Both the position numbers and the translations under genes were made by a program. A stretch of 64,000 nt of DNA, from assembly GCA_030690165.1 (NCBI GenBank), contig JAUYHF010000014.1, forward strand, positions 34,257 through 98,256. The letters are read 5' to 3'. Below the pieces are notes generated by a model that did no database searches, was not told the origin of the DNA, and saw only the letters and a program-made list of their open reading frames with translations. Source of the stretch: Deltaproteobacteria bacterium (GTDB lineage Bacteria; Desulfobacterota; GWC2-55-46; UBA9637). Positions within the stretch are counted from its first letter, which is position 1. Every line of letters begins with the position of its first letter. This document shows positions 29,703-40,871 of this stretch, in pieces.

Positions 29703-31181
29703 ATGGCTATCGTCAAATCAGAAGGTTTGACACCTACTGAAAGACTGCTATCAGGTCTTTGTGAGCGCTCATTCCTAAAGCTATGGAGTTATCCCAATCC
29801 ATTTAAAGATGACCGGGATGAACTCTGTGATCTCCTCGCTGTTTTTGAAAATCACGTATTCATATTTTTTGATCGAGAGAATCTATCACTCGGTAAAGAA
29901 AAGAATGATCCGGTGGTTAATTGGAACCGTTGGAAAAGAGAGGTGATTGATGCTCAAACTCGCACTGCACACGGCGCTGAAAAATACATTGAAAGCGGGC
30001 GCGGCATTTTTTTAGATAAAGATTTAACGGTTCCATATCCTATCGCTATAGATCGCAAGAAAATGATTGTGCACAATATCATAATCGCGCATGGAGCGAA
30101 AGAGGCTTGTGAAAAATTCTCTGATGATAACGTATACGGTAGCCTGGCAGTTTTATATGGAAACAGCGGGTCTAATCTTCCTTTCCCGTTCTTGATACAT
30201 ATAGACAAAGAAAAGCCTGTCCATGTATTCGATAGTCATAACCTTCCTATAATTTTTAGTGAGCTAGATACCTTCTTTGATTTCTCGTCATATCTTGACG
30301 CAAAGATAGATGCGATTAAATCGCACGATGCATTGTTTTATTGTGGTGAAGAAGATTTACTTGCTAACTACTTCCTAAACTTTGACAAATCAAAGAAGAA
30401 GCACTTCATCGGGACATCGAAAAAAGATGTCAATTTTCTGATGATTGGTGAAGGAGGATGGAAAAACTTCATTGAGCGAGAAATTTACAAAAATAAAAAA
30501 TCGGCTGACAAAATATCATATCTTTGGGATGAATTAATCCAAAGAACTTGCCAGAACACCCTTGACGGCACCTTGCTTGGAAACTCCACGCCACTAAGAG
30601 GACAGAGTGCGATCCATGAAATGGCTAAAGAGCCACGCTTCAGCCGCCGTGCTTTATCTGAACACATAATTCAAGCAATTCGCAACTTTCCTGAGTCCGC
30701 GCAGCCAATAATGCGATATTTGTCTTTTATGCCCTCATTTTACAATGAAAAGGGTTATGTTTTTTTGCAACTGAAATTTGATAGGATTACTGACTATGAA
30801 AGTGACTACCGGCCAAAGCGGCAAGCAATGCTTGAAATCGCCTGTGGCGCAGCAAAAAATAAGTTTGAGCATCTGAAGACAGTTATTGGCATTGCTATCG
30901 ATGCCCCCAAATATACAAAGAGGAACTCTGAAGACTTTATTTTGATGGATTGCACTCATTGGCCTGATGACCGCCGAGAAGATTATGAAAAGGCAAATGA
31001 GGGTCTCGGCTTCTTTAAATCTGACACTCTTACCATGCAGAAGAAAACCGTACAGAATTTCCCATCTTTGAAAAAAGAATCTAAAAGTTTAGGGCGTATA
31101 AAGGTTGGCCGCAATGCACTTTGTCCATGCGGCTCCGGCAAAAAATATAAAAAATGCTGCATTGATGTTGGAGCTAAATGA
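29703..31181 (+). CDS. Uncharacterized 492-aa protein with a C-terminal SEC-C zinc-binding motif (CPCGSGKKYKKCC) and no recognisable N-terminal domain
   Basis: Long ORF whose terminal SEC-C motif (the SecA C-terminal Zn-ribbon type) is clear. The first ~440 aa match nothing I recognise. Confidence 0.6.
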   Translation: MAIVKSEGLTPTERLLSGLCERSFLKLWSYPNPFKDDRDELCDLLAVFENHVFIFFDRENLSLGKEKNDPVVNWNRWKREVIDAQTRTAHGAEKYIESGRGIFLDKDLTVPYPIAIDRKKMIVHNIIIAHGAKEACEKFSDDNVYGSLAVLYGNSGSNLPFPFLIHIDKEKPVHVFDSHNLPIIFSELDTFFDFSSYLDAKIDAIKSHDALFYCGEEDLLANYFLNFDKSKKKHFIGTSKKDVNFLMIGEGGWKNFIEREIYKNKKSADKISYLWDELIQRTCQNTLDGTLLGNSTPLRGQSAIHEMAKEPRFSRRALSEHIIQAIRNFPESAQPIMRYLSFMPSFYNEKGYVFLQLKFDRITDYESDYRPKRQAMLEIACGAAKNKFEHLKTVIGIAIDAPKYTKRNSEDFILMDCTHWPDDRREDYEKANEGLGFFKSDTLTMQKKTVQNFPSLKKESKSLGRIKVGRNALCPCGSGKKYKKCCIDVGAK

Positions 31182-31227
31182 AAAACTGTACAACAAATCA
31201 CTTCAGCGGACTGGAATATAAGGGATA

Positions 31228-31922
31228 ATGGGGCGTCGCTCAAAACAAAGCCGGAGAAGATACGGATTGAGGGTCATTCCCCATATCTTTATTGAAGACG
31301 ATTTGAATCATCAGAAACAACAGCAGCACCTTATTTATAAACAGACGAGCCTCTTGCGAAACTGTCTGTCATCCCCGAATGCTTCTATCGGGGATATGGT
31401 TTTTCAAGCGATTAGAAACAGATTCTCGCTCAGAAGCTATGCAGGAATGACAGAATTGGGACTTTTGCAAGAACCTCAGGCATTAGACGGTTTAATCAAC
31501 GCCATTTTGGCAAATATTTATGGGGTAACTACAAAGCGGCTTAATGAACAAGTAAAAAAAACCGAGAACGTTTCCCGGAAGATTTTATGTTTCAATTAAC
31601 GAAAGAAGAAAAAGATGAGGTGGTCGCAAATTGCGACCACCTTAAAAAGCTTAAATATTCTCCTGTTCTGCCAAATGCATTTACAGAACACGGGGCAATT
31701 ATGATTGCCACTATTTTAAATAGTCCTGTTGCTGTTCAGGCGAGCATCCATGTTGTAAGGGCATTTGTCAAACTCCGACAGATACTTGCCTCTAACAAAG
31801 AACTTTCTAAACGGTTTGATGAACTCGAAAAGAAATATGACACCCAGTTTAAGGTGGTCTTTGATGCCATCCGTCAATTGATGACTCCACCAGAACCGAA
31901 AAGGAGAAAGATAGGCTTTTGA
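31228..31922 (+). pseudogene. ORF6N (KilA-N-like) domain protein gene split by a frameshift at a poly-A run (31551-31559)
   Basis: The two ORFs 31228-31599 and 31587-31922 together align to the intact paralog at 49044-49556 (...LASLYGVKTSQLTRQVRR...FPDDFMFHLTGEE.../...QFKIVFDAIKQLLELPEKSKKRIGF). Confidence 0.65.
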
Positions 31923-32341
31923 AAAAAGAGAAAGGAACTATGGCTTTAAAATCGGTACTGTCTGCGTGCAAACATGCACAGGCAGATGAATCTAAGGGTA
32001 AAGAGAGCCGGCCACCTATTTGCAAACAGCTACATACGGCTTAATCAACGCCCTTCGGGTTTTTGAAAAGAAAAAACATTAAATGGTGTGCGGCTGTTGC
32101 AACAGGGGGCATAGCATCAGGCAAAACCTTGTTGTTGAATGAGGAGGGACAGGAAATAAAAATGTTAGGGGTAAAACAAGAAGTTATAAAGACGATTCAG
32201 TCCCTTCCAGTTGAAAAGCGGATGTCCAAACGGCTCTCAAAATAAAGTGGTTCCCATTTTTCTATATCCTTCAATATATCTTCTTTACCAATAACTCCAA
32301 AAGTTAGATATAATAGCCTTTATACAGTAAGGAGGCCGCTT

Positions 32342-34078
32342 ATTTCCTGGCAACTTAAAAAAAAGGCAAAAGAACTTCTCTTAAAAGAGCAGGGAACCGT
32401 TTATAAGGAATGGGGCGGCAAGGTAAGCGTATGCCTTGTATATCCCAACTCATATTTCCTTGGGATGAGTAATCTTGGTTTTCAGGCAATCTATCATCTT
32501 TTAAACAGCCTTGATTATGTTGTGTGCGAAAGGGCATTTCTGCCTGATGACAAAGATATAGCAGAGTTTGAGAGAACCAGCACATCTCTTTTTTCATTAG
32601 AATCACAAAGACCCATTGCCGAATTTGACATTATTGCCTTTTCCATATCATTCGAAGAAGATTATCTTAATATCCTTAAAATCTTTGACCTTGCCAAAAT
32701 ACCTTTTTTATCATCTGCACGAAAAAGCGCACAACCATTGATTATGGCGGGCGGTGTTGCTGTATCTTTAAATCCTGAACCAATTGCGGATTTTTTTGAC
32801 ATATTTGCCATTGGCGAGGGCGAGGAATTTGTCGCGGAGTTTATAGATACCTTCAAAATAGCACAACTTAAAGCAAAGACAAAAGATGGGCTTCTTGAGG
32901 CGCTCGTTCCGGTAGAAGGTGTTTATATACCAAGCTTCTACAAGATTGTGTATCAGGGAAATTTCATAAAAGAGTTTACCCCTGTCAAAGGTTCTCCGGC
33001 AAAGGTAAAAAGCAGAAAAGTAAAAAGGCTTGATGCCTTTCCAGCGCCTTCTTCGCATATTCTTACAAAGGAAACGAACTTTAGCAACACCTATCTGGTT
33101 GAGGTAGAGCGGGGCTGCGGAAGGGGGTGCAGGTTCTGCGCAGCAGGTTTTGTTTATCTGCCGCCGCGGGAAAGGGAGCTAAACGGCTTAAAACAAGGGG
33201 TTTTAAATGGGATGGGGCTAACCCAAAAGGTTGGCTTGGTGGGTGCGGCTGTGTCTGAGTATTCAGACTTAAAGGCACTTTGCACAACAGTTATAGAAAA
33301 TAACGGCGAGATTACGCTCTCTTCTTTAAGGCTGGATGTTCTTGATGAAGAGCTCCTCAAACTTTTGAAAGAGGGCGGTTATAAGACTATTACCATAGCG
33401 CCGGAGGCTGGTTCAGAGAGATTAAGGGATGTCATAAATAAAAGTTTTTCTGAAAAGGACATTATAGAAGCTATAAACCTCATATCAGCATCAGGCATAC
33501 AAAAATTAAAACTCTATTTTATTATAGGCCTTCCAACAGAGACCCTTGATGATATAAATGCCATTACTGAGCTTACCTTACGGATAAAGTCTGCAATGCA
33601 AGGCGGGCTGATTACACTAAGTATTAATCCATTTATACCAAAGCCTATTACTCCGTTTCAGTGGTGCGCTTATGAGGATATAAAATCTTTAAAAAATAAA
33701 ATGGGTATAATTAAAAATGGGCTAAAAAATGAAAAAGGGATAAAAATTACTTCCCTTTCACTACGAGAGGGATATATCCAGACCCTTTTGTCTGTAGGAG
33801 ACAGGAGGATAGGTAAAATATTAGTTGATGCGTATAAAAACGGCTGGAAGGCTGCATTAAAAGGAGCAAAGTTTGATGCAGATTTCTATGTCGGAAGTAT
33901 ATGGAATATTTCTGAAGTACTCCCGTGGGATTTTATAGATACAGGGCTTAAAAAGGAATATCTTTGGAAGGAATACGGGTGTGCATTAAAAGGCAGGACA
34001 ACCCCGCCATGCCGGGGCACCCAAGCGGAACTTGGGTCGGGAAGATGTGTTAGATGCGGGGTGTGTTTTGAAAGATGA
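32342..34078 (+). CDS. B12-binding-domain radical SAM protein (uncharacterized radical SAM family). 5' end uncertain: no in-frame ATG upstream of 32465.
   Basis: CxxxCxxC motif VEVERGCGRGCRFCAAGF. The N-terminal B12-binding-like region extends upstream of the first ATG (in-frame ...KELLLKEQGTVYKEWGGKVSVCLVYPNSYFLG...). An AAGGAGG RBS sits at 32329-32335. The frame is open back to 32240. Confidence 0.7.
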   Translation: MSWQLKKKAKELLLKEQGTVYKEWGGKVSVCLVYPNSYFLGMSNLGFQAIYHLLNSLDYVVCERAFLPDDKDIAEFERTSTSLFSLESQRPIAEFDIIAFSISFEEDYLNILKIFDLAKIPFLSSARKSAQPLIMAGGVAVSLNPEPIADFFDIFAIGEGEEFVAEFIDTFKIAQLKAKTKDGLLEALVPVEGVYIPSFYKIVYQGNFIKEFTPVKGSPAKVKSRKVKRLDAFPAPSSHILTKETNFSNTYLVEVERGCGRGCRFCAAGFVYLPPRERELNGLKQGVLNGMGLTQKVGLVGAAVSEYSDLKALCTTVIENNGEITLSSLRLDVLDEELLKLLKEGGYKTITIAPEAGSERLRDVINKSFSEKDIIEAINLISASGIQKLKLYFIIGLPTETLDDINAITELTLRIKSAMQGGLITLSINPFIPKPITPFQWCAYEDIKSLKNKMGIIKNGLKNEKGIKITSLSLREGYIQTLLSVGDRRIGKILVDAYKNGWKAALKGAKFDADFYVGSIWNISEVLPWDFIDTGLKKEYLWKEYGCALKGRTTPPCRGTQAELGSGRCVRCGVCFER

Positions 34079-34136
34079 TGGTGGGTGATTACATTCCCCT
34101 TTACATTTTTTCTTTGTTTTCTTAGAATAAAACACT

Positions 34137-34733
34137 ATGGGACTTAAAGAAGATCTGGATATACTTGATGTAAAGATAAACAAGCTTAAAGTAGACTATG
34201 AGCAGTATTTTGCAAAAGTTCTGAAAAAAGAACCCGCTGTCTTAAGAAATGAGATAGACCGTATTATTTTAAAATACAGCAACCAGCCTACCACCAACAC
34301 ATCCTTGAAATTCAGATATTCAACCCTTACCGCCAAATACACCTCTTACAAACAATTCTGGAACAGGATACTCCGGCGGATTGAGGATGGAAACTATGAG
34401 AGAGGCGCCGGATTTGGGGTAATATCACCTGCAGCGGCGGCAAATAGAGAACCCATGCAAGGGCCAGGAGCAACCCCAGCTTCTTCAGAAGGGCTCAAGA
34501 AAGAAATGCCGGACAGCGATAGCAGATTCAAGACTGTCTATCAGCAATTTATGGATGCGAAAAAAAGCTGTCAGGATACATCGGGGGATATGTCTTATGA
34601 AAAATTCACACAGGCCATTATTCAGCAGACAGAAAAGGTAAAAAAGGATATGAAATGTAGTGATGTGGAGTATAAGGTTGTTGTGAAAGATGGGAAGACC
34701 AAGATAACCCTTATACCGATAAGCAAGAAATAA
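34137..34733 (+). CDS. Hypothetical protein (198 aa)
   Basis: Intact ORF with an N-terminal coiled-coil-like region. No recognisable motif. Confidence 0.35.
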   Translation: MGLKEDLDILDVKINKLKVDYEQYFAKVLKKEPAVLRNEIDRIILKYSNQPTTNTSLKFRYSTLTAKYTSYKQFWNRILRRIEDGNYERGAGFGVISPAAAANREPMQGPGATPASSEGLKKEMPDSDSRFKTVYQQFMDAKKSCQDTSGDMSYEKFTQAIIQQTEKVKKDMKCSDVEYKVVVKDGKTKITLIPISKK

Positions 34734-34757
34734 TTGCAGGCTCGGTTTTAACTGTTG

Positions 34758-35030
34758 TCATCCCTGTTTTATCTCTTGAGAAATTGTTTCAGTAAGGATT
34801 GTCACCTTTGACTGATTTACCTCAGCATATCCCGCGCCTATAGCAATGCGGTTTGTATCCTTTCCGATTTTGTAACTAAGTTTGCCAGGCTTTAATATTG
34901 TAAGCAGCGGCGCATGACCTGTAAGCACGCCAAACTCGCCTTCGCTTCCGGGGGCTGTCATTTCCTCAACCTGTTCGGAAATAAAAAGTTTGTCAGGTGT
35001 GACTATTTCCAGTAAGAATGTGTCTGCCAT
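34758..35030 (-). CDS. atpC: F1 ATP synthase epsilon subunit (short form)
   Basis: 90-aa beta-sandwich-type sequence (MADTFLLEIVTPDKLF...VLTGHAPLLT) downstream of atpD. Confidence 0.75.
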   Translation of the reverse strand: MADTFLLEIVTPDKLFISEQVEEMTAPGSEGEFGVLTGHAPLLTILKPGKLSYKIGKDTNRIAIGAGYAEVNQSKVTILTETISQEIKQG

Positions 35031-35074
35031 GTTAGTTGATAGCTCATAGCTGATAGCAAATACTATGAGCTATT
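35031..35074. repeat. Palindromic intercistronic element (TCATAGC/TGATAGC units) between atpD and atpC
   Basis: gttagttgatagctcatagctgatagcaaatactatgagctatt. Confidence 0.5.
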
Positions 35075-36579
<1,505 letters not shown>

Positions 36580-37440
36580 TTATCCTTTCAGCGCCTCTGC
36601 CCCTCCGATTATCTCCATCAATTCTTTTGTAATCGCCGCCTGGCGCAGTCTGTTGTATTTCAATGTAAGGCCTTCTATCATCTCTTTGGCATTCTTTGTC
36701 GCAGAGTCCATCGCAGCCATTCTTGCGCCGTGTTCGCTGGCTGCTGATTCCAGAAGCGCCATAAATATCTGTACCTCTATGTATTTTGGCAAGATATCGG
36801 CAAGGATTGCCTCCTGAGACGGCTCATAGATATATTCTGTGGCTTCTTCTTCGCTCTCTTTTGGAGATTCAATCGGCAGAAGCCTCTGGATTACAAGTTT
36901 CTGGCTCAACGCAGATTTAAATTCGCTGTATATGAGATATGTTTCATCAAATGTTTCCTTTATGTGTGAATCCACAATTTCTTTTGCAATCTCTGCGGCA
37001 GCGGTATACTTAGGCCTGCCTGAGCCGACAGGCCTCTCCTGTCTTATGGTTAAACCCCTGCGTTTGAAATAGTCCTTTGCTTTTTTGCCTATAAGATTAA
37101 GGGTTATCCCGGTATTGTCAGTATTTTTTCTTATGAAACCTTCCGAGCCCCTTATTATATTGCTGTTAAAGCCGCCGCACAATCCTCTGTCTGATGTAAC
37201 AATAACAAGTTCCACCCTTCCACCCCCCTTTTTTGAGAGCAGGGGATGCGCATCAGGCCTGACCCTTGAAGCCAGGCTGTTGATGATATCCAGCATCTTT
37301 TGCGAATAAGGACGCGCTGCAATGATATCGTCATGGGCGCGCTTCAACTTTGCGGCAGCAACCATCTTCATTGCCTTTGTAATTTGCTGGGTGTTTTTTA
37401 CACTCTTTATTCTGCGTTTTATGTCTTTTAAGCTGGGCAT
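36580..37440 (-). CDS. atpG: F1 ATP synthase gamma subunit
   Basis: 286 aa. N-terminus MPSLKDIKRRIKSVKNTQQITKAMKMVAAAKLKRA and C-terminus ...ITKELMEIIGGAEAL are the gamma signatures. Confidence 0.9.
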   Translation of the reverse strand: MPSLKDIKRRIKSVKNTQQITKAMKMVAAAKLKRAHDDIIAARPYSQKMLDIINSLASRVRPDAHPLLSKKGGGRVELVIVTSDRGLCGGFNSNIIRGSEGFIRKNTDNTGITLNLIGKKAKDYFKRRGLTIRQERPVGSGRPKYTAAAEIAKEIVDSHIKETFDETYLIYSEFKSALSQKLVIQRLLPIESPKESEEEATEYIYEPSQEAILADILPKYIEVQIFMALLESAASEHGARMAAMDSATKNAKEMIEGLTLKYNRLRQAAITKELMEIIGGAEALKG

Positions 37441-37498
37441 AATAAATACAGGTTATAGGTTATAGGCTATAGGTTTTCCCATTGCCTATAGCCTGTTT
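37441..37498. repeat. Palindromic intercistronic element (GTTATAG units) between atpA and atpG
   Basis: acaggttataggttataggctataggttttcccattgcctatagcctg. Confidence 0.55.
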
Positions 37499-39004
37499 TT
37501 AAGCTACAAACAATACCTTAAAGTCATCCAGCGTCTTAGTAAGTTTTGGCTTAATGGCATCGTCTATTGCCTTTTTTTCCTTAAGCTCTTTAATCAGTTC
37601 AGGGTGTTTTGTGTCAAAGAATGTATAAAGCTCTTCTTCGTATTTTTTGAGCGCTGCAACAGGATAACCGTCCACATAGCCATTTGTTGCGGCAAAAATA
37701 ATCAATACCTGCTTTTCAACAGGCAGGGGTTTATACTGCCCCTGCTTCAATATCTCAACAAGCCGTGAGCCTCTCGCAAGCTGTCTCTGTGTTGCGACAT
37801 CAAGATCGCTTCCGAACTGCGCAAATGCCGCAAGCTCCCTGTATTGTGCAAGTTCAAGCCTGAGCGTACCTGCCACCTGTTTCATTGCCTTTACCTGCGC
37901 GCTTCCGCCAACACGGGAAACCGAGAGGCCGACATTTATTGCAGGCCTTACGCCGGCATAAAAGAGATCTGTCTCAAGATATATCTGGCCGTCTGTAATG
38001 GATATGACATTAGTCGGAATGTATGCGGATACATCGCCTGACTGGGTTTCAATAATAGGAAGCGCTGTTAAAGAGCCACCGCCAAGCTCATCCTTTAATT
38101 TAGCAGCCCTCTCAAGTAGTCTTGAGTGAAGATAGAATACATCGCCCGGATAAGCCTCTCTGCCCGGCGGCCTTCTCAAAAGAAGGGACAATTGTCTGTA
38201 TGCAACAGCATGTTTTGAAAGGTCATCATATATTATAAGCGCATGTTTTCCGTTATCTCTGAAATGTTCGCTGATGGTGCATCCTGTATAAGGCGCTATA
38301 AATTGAAGCGGCGCTGCTTCGCTTGCTGTTGCGGAAACAACCAAGGTATAATCCATTGCGCCGGACTGTTTAAGCTTTTCAACCACCTGCGCAACAGTGG
38401 ATTGTTTCTGTCCTATAGCAACATAGATGCAGAATACACCCTGGCCTTTCTGGTTTATTATTGTGTCTATGGCAACCGCTGTCTTTCCGGTCTGTCTGTC
38501 GCCGATTATCAGTTCCCTCTGCCCCCTGCCAATAGGTATCATGCCGTCTATCGCCTTGATACCTGTCTGGAGCGGCTCTTTAACAGGCTTTCTGTCAACT
38601 ATGCCCCTTGCCTTAACTTCAACGCGCCGCGTGGTTTGTGCCTCTAATGGCCCCTTGCCGTCTATTGGAACACCGAGGGCATTTATAACCCTTCCCATAA
38701 GTCCTTCGCCTACAGGAACTTCCACGATTTTGCCTGTCCTCTTAACTACATCCCCTTCCTTAATCTTATAATCCTCTCCGAAAATGGCTGCGCCGACATT
38801 GTCCGCTTCCAGATTTAAAACCATGCCGCGTATATTATGCGGGAATTCCAAAAGCTCGCCTGCCATTGCCTTTTCAAGGCCATAGATTCTGGCAATGCCG
38901 TCCCCAACCGATATAACAGTTCCGACCTCTTTTACATCTATTGCCTTCTCGAACCCTTTAATTTGAGTTTTAATAAGCTGACTTATTTCTTCTGCCTTAA
39001 TCAT
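37499..39004 (-). CDS. atpA: F1 ATP synthase alpha subunit
   Basis: Walker [10 protein letters not shown]. Conserved alpha-subunit architecture over 501 aa. Confidence 0.95.
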   Translation of the reverse strand: MIKAEEISQLIKTQIKGFEKAIDVKEVGTVISVGDGIARIYGLEKAMAGELLEFPHNIRGMVLNLEADNVGAAIFGEDYKIKEGDVVKRTGKIVEVPVGEGLMGRVINALGVPIDGKGPLEAQTTRRVEVKARGIVDRKPVKEPLQTGIKAIDGMIPIGRGQRELIIGDRQTGKTAVAIDTIINQKGQGVFCIYVAIGQKQSTVAQVVEKLKQSGAMDYTLVVSATASEAAPLQFIAPYTGCTISEHFRDNGKHALIIYDDLSKHAVAYRQLSLLLRRPPGREAYPGDVFYLHSRLLERAAKLKDELGGGSLTALPIIETQSGDVSAYIPTNVISITDGQIYLETDLFYAGVRPAINVGLSVSRVGGSAQVKAMKQVAGTLRLELAQYRELAAFAQFGSDLDVATQRQLARGSRLVEILKQGQYKPLPVEKQVLIIFAATNGYVDGYPVAALKKYEEELYTFFDTKHPELIKELKEKKAIDDAIKPKLTKTLDDFKVLFVA

Positions 39005-39005
39005 A

Positions 39006-39554
39006 TCAAATCACCCCTTGTATTATTTTTTCTTTAACCCTTTCCAACTGGGTTTTTATGCTTCCGTCCAGTATGGTGTTTCCAATCCGAAAAACAAGTC
39101 CGCCGATAAGCGCGGGGGTTTTTTCAACCGTAAGAATAATCTCTTTGTTGGTCAATTGATGAAGCTTTTTAGTAATTTCATCAATACGATTTTTATCCAG
39201 ATCTGCGGCTGATTCCACGGTTACCTTTATTCTGCCTGACAATTCATCTTCCAATATGGAATATGCGGCGTTTATATCTTCAATTATTCCTATGCCTCTA
39301 TTCTTTGTTAAAATGGCTAAAAATCTTTTAACAGTATCGGAGATTTCTAATACATCCCCCACCTTTCTTATAAGGCCGTGTCTATCTTCCAATTTATACA
39401 TTGGATTGAGGGCAAATCTCTTGAATTCAGGGTTAGCGGTAAATACAGTTGAAATATCCCTCAACTCTCTGCCTATTTCCTTATATCTCTTTTCCTCTTG
39501 CCCCAGTTCAATCAGGGCCTTTGCATATCTTTTAGCAACAGCGCTTTTTTTCAT
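39006..39554 (-). CDS. atpH: F1 ATP synthase delta subunit (OSCP)
   Basis: 182 aa, N-terminus [20 protein letters not shown]. Position between atpF and atpA. Confidence 0.8.
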   Translation of the reverse strand: MKKSAVAKRYAKALIELGQEEKRYKEIGRELRDISTVFTANPEFKRFALNPMYKLEDRHGLIRKVGDVLEISDTVKRFLAILTKNRGIGIIEDINAAYSILEDELSGRIKVTVESAADLDKNRIDEITKKLHQLTNKEIILTVEKTPALIGGLVFRIGNTILDGSIKTQLERVKEKIIQGVI

Positions 39555-39593
39555 AATTATGCCATAATCGCACGAATAAATTCGTGCCGTTTG

Positions 39594-40190
39594 TTAATGC
39601 AGTCTGACCTTTTCCAGATACTCCTTTATAAGCCTTTCATGGTCAGCGGCGCTAAGTTCGCCCCGCAGTATTTCTTCTGCCATCTCAACTGCCACCTTCG
39701 CAATCTCTCCCTTAATCTCTTCCATTGCCTTCTTAATCTCCTGTTCTGCCGCAAGTCTTGCCTGTTCTTGTATCCTGTCAGATAGCTTAATAGCCTCTTC
39801 TATAATTCTTTTCTTTTCAATCTCTCCTTCTTCCATTATCTCCTGATAAATCTCTTCTATCCTTTTGTCAAGAGAACTGAATTTCAGTTCAAACTCCTTT
39901 ACCTTTCTTTCAGCATCTTCCTTTGCCTTTTTAGCCTCTTCCAATTCGACAATTATTGACTTCTTTCTATCGGCAAAAAAATCTTTTACCTTGAAATACC
40001 TAAGCATTAAAAATAGCGCCAGAGCAAGTATTGCGAAGTTCACAATACGCCATACCATGCCGCTTTCGCCGCCATGCCCGCCTTCTTCAGCGGCAAGAAC
40101 CGGAGAGGCAATAAACAGCAGACAGTAGACAGCAGACCGTAAACAGTTCAATAAAATTTGAAATTTGAAATTTGAAATTTGAAATTTCAT
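39594..40190 (-). CDS. atpF: F0 ATP synthase subunit b. The N-terminus is encoded by a tandem AAATTTG heptamer tract.
   Basis: Start taken at the ATG at 40190, giving MKFQISNFKFQISNFKFQILLNCL..., then a TM helix and a long charged coiled-coil (EEIYQEIMEEGEIEKKRIIEEA...). The longer ORF-track extension to 40367 overlaps atpF' out of frame and is rejected. Confidence 0.65.
   Translation of the reverse strand: MKFQISNFKFQILLNCLRSAVYCLLFIASPVLAAEEGGHGGESGMVWRIVNFAILALALFLMLRYFKVKDFFADRKKSIIVELEEAKKAKEDAERKVKEFELKFSSLDKRIEEIYQEIMEEGEIEKKRIIEEAIKLSDRIQEQARLAAEQEIKKAMEEIKGEIAKVAVEMAEEILRGELSAADHERLIKEYLEKVRLH
40153..40190. repeat. Tandem AAATTTG heptamer array forming the atpF start and N-terminus
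   Basis: aaaatttgaaatttgaaatttgaaatttgaaatttcat, about five units, ending at the start codon on the minus strand. Confidence 0.7.
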
Positions 40191-40191
40191 T

Positions 40192-40620
40192 CTATGCCAC
40201 CTTTCGGTTAAGAATCTTTTCTGCAATATCCTTTGAGATTGTTTTGCTTTCCTCTTTGAGGCGGGAGAGCGCAGACTTTGCCTCCTCTTTGAGTTTTGTT
40301 TTTGCCTCCAGAAATCCGGACTGAGAGTTTTTCCTTGCATTCTCAAGGATCTCCTGCTCTTTATCAAGCCCTTCCTGTTTGAGACGGAGCCGTTCCTCCT
40401 GAGCCTTTACCCTCGGCTCATTGAGCCGGTTCTCGTAGTCCAGAAGCCTTTTCCGAAGCCCTGCTTCTAAATCTAATGCCTCTTTCTTTTTCCCTTCTCC
40501 CTTCTTATACCGTTCTTCAAGGGTCTTAAGAACAGGCTTGTATAAAAGGGTATTCAGAATGAAATAAAGGGCGATAAACCCCGCAATCTGATATAAAAAT
40601 GTAATATCTATGTCTATCAT
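40192..40620 (-). CDS. atpF2: F0 ATP synthase subunit b' (second b-type subunit)
   Basis: 142 aa: N-terminal TM helix (FLYQIAGFIALYFILNTLLY) then a charged coiled-coil. Immediately upstream of atpF. Confidence 0.65.
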   Translation of the reverse strand: MIDIDITFLYQIAGFIALYFILNTLLYKPVLKTLEERYKKGEGKKKEALDLEAGLRKRLLDYENRLNEPRVKAQEERLRLKQEGLDKEQEILENARKNSQSGFLEAKTKLKEEAKSALSRLKEESKTISKDIAEKILNRKVA

Positions 40621-40743
40621 GTAAAATTACCCCCTAATCAAATTAGGGTATACTTAAAATTAGTTATTGCTATCATACAGAAAGAGATTTTGTCAAGGAT
40701 AATTTTATTTAATATGTATTTAATACACAAGAATATTTTCTCC

Positions 40744-40772
40744 TTGACACAACTACTGTTTCTGTATACAGT
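40744..40772 (+). promoter_or_regulatory. Candidate sigma70-like promoter upstream of mdh (weak -10)
   Basis: TTGACA at 40744-40749, a 17-nt spacer, then TACAGT. Lies ~100 nt upstream of the mdh ATG in a divergent intergenic region. Confidence 0.25.
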
Positions 40773-40871
40773 ATACAATATGGCGTTGGCGATATTGTTT
40801 CGTTTTTGCGTATGCCGCTTACAGCGTTACGCTATGACGCCATAACCCTAATAACGCAAGCAGGAGGCGAT

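Noticed and set aside
32063-32245. 60-aa ORF (MKRKNIKWCAAVATGG...) in the island downstream of the ORF6N pseudogene
   Set aside because: No motif, no RBS, and it lies in a region of decayed genes. Insufficient evidence to call a gene.
39594-40367. Long 257-aa minus-strand ORF extending atpF upstream through atpF'
   Set aside because: The extension overlaps the b' gene out of frame and encodes an arginine/lysine/serine-rich peptide with no TM helix. The in-frame ATG at 40190, directly after the b' stop, gives a normal b subunit (TM helix then coiled-coil).
40640-40720. Candidate promoter for the atpF' operon on the minus strand (TTGACA-like motif in the divergent region)
   Set aside because: No -10 hexamer at acceptable spacing could be supported. 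Left unannotated.
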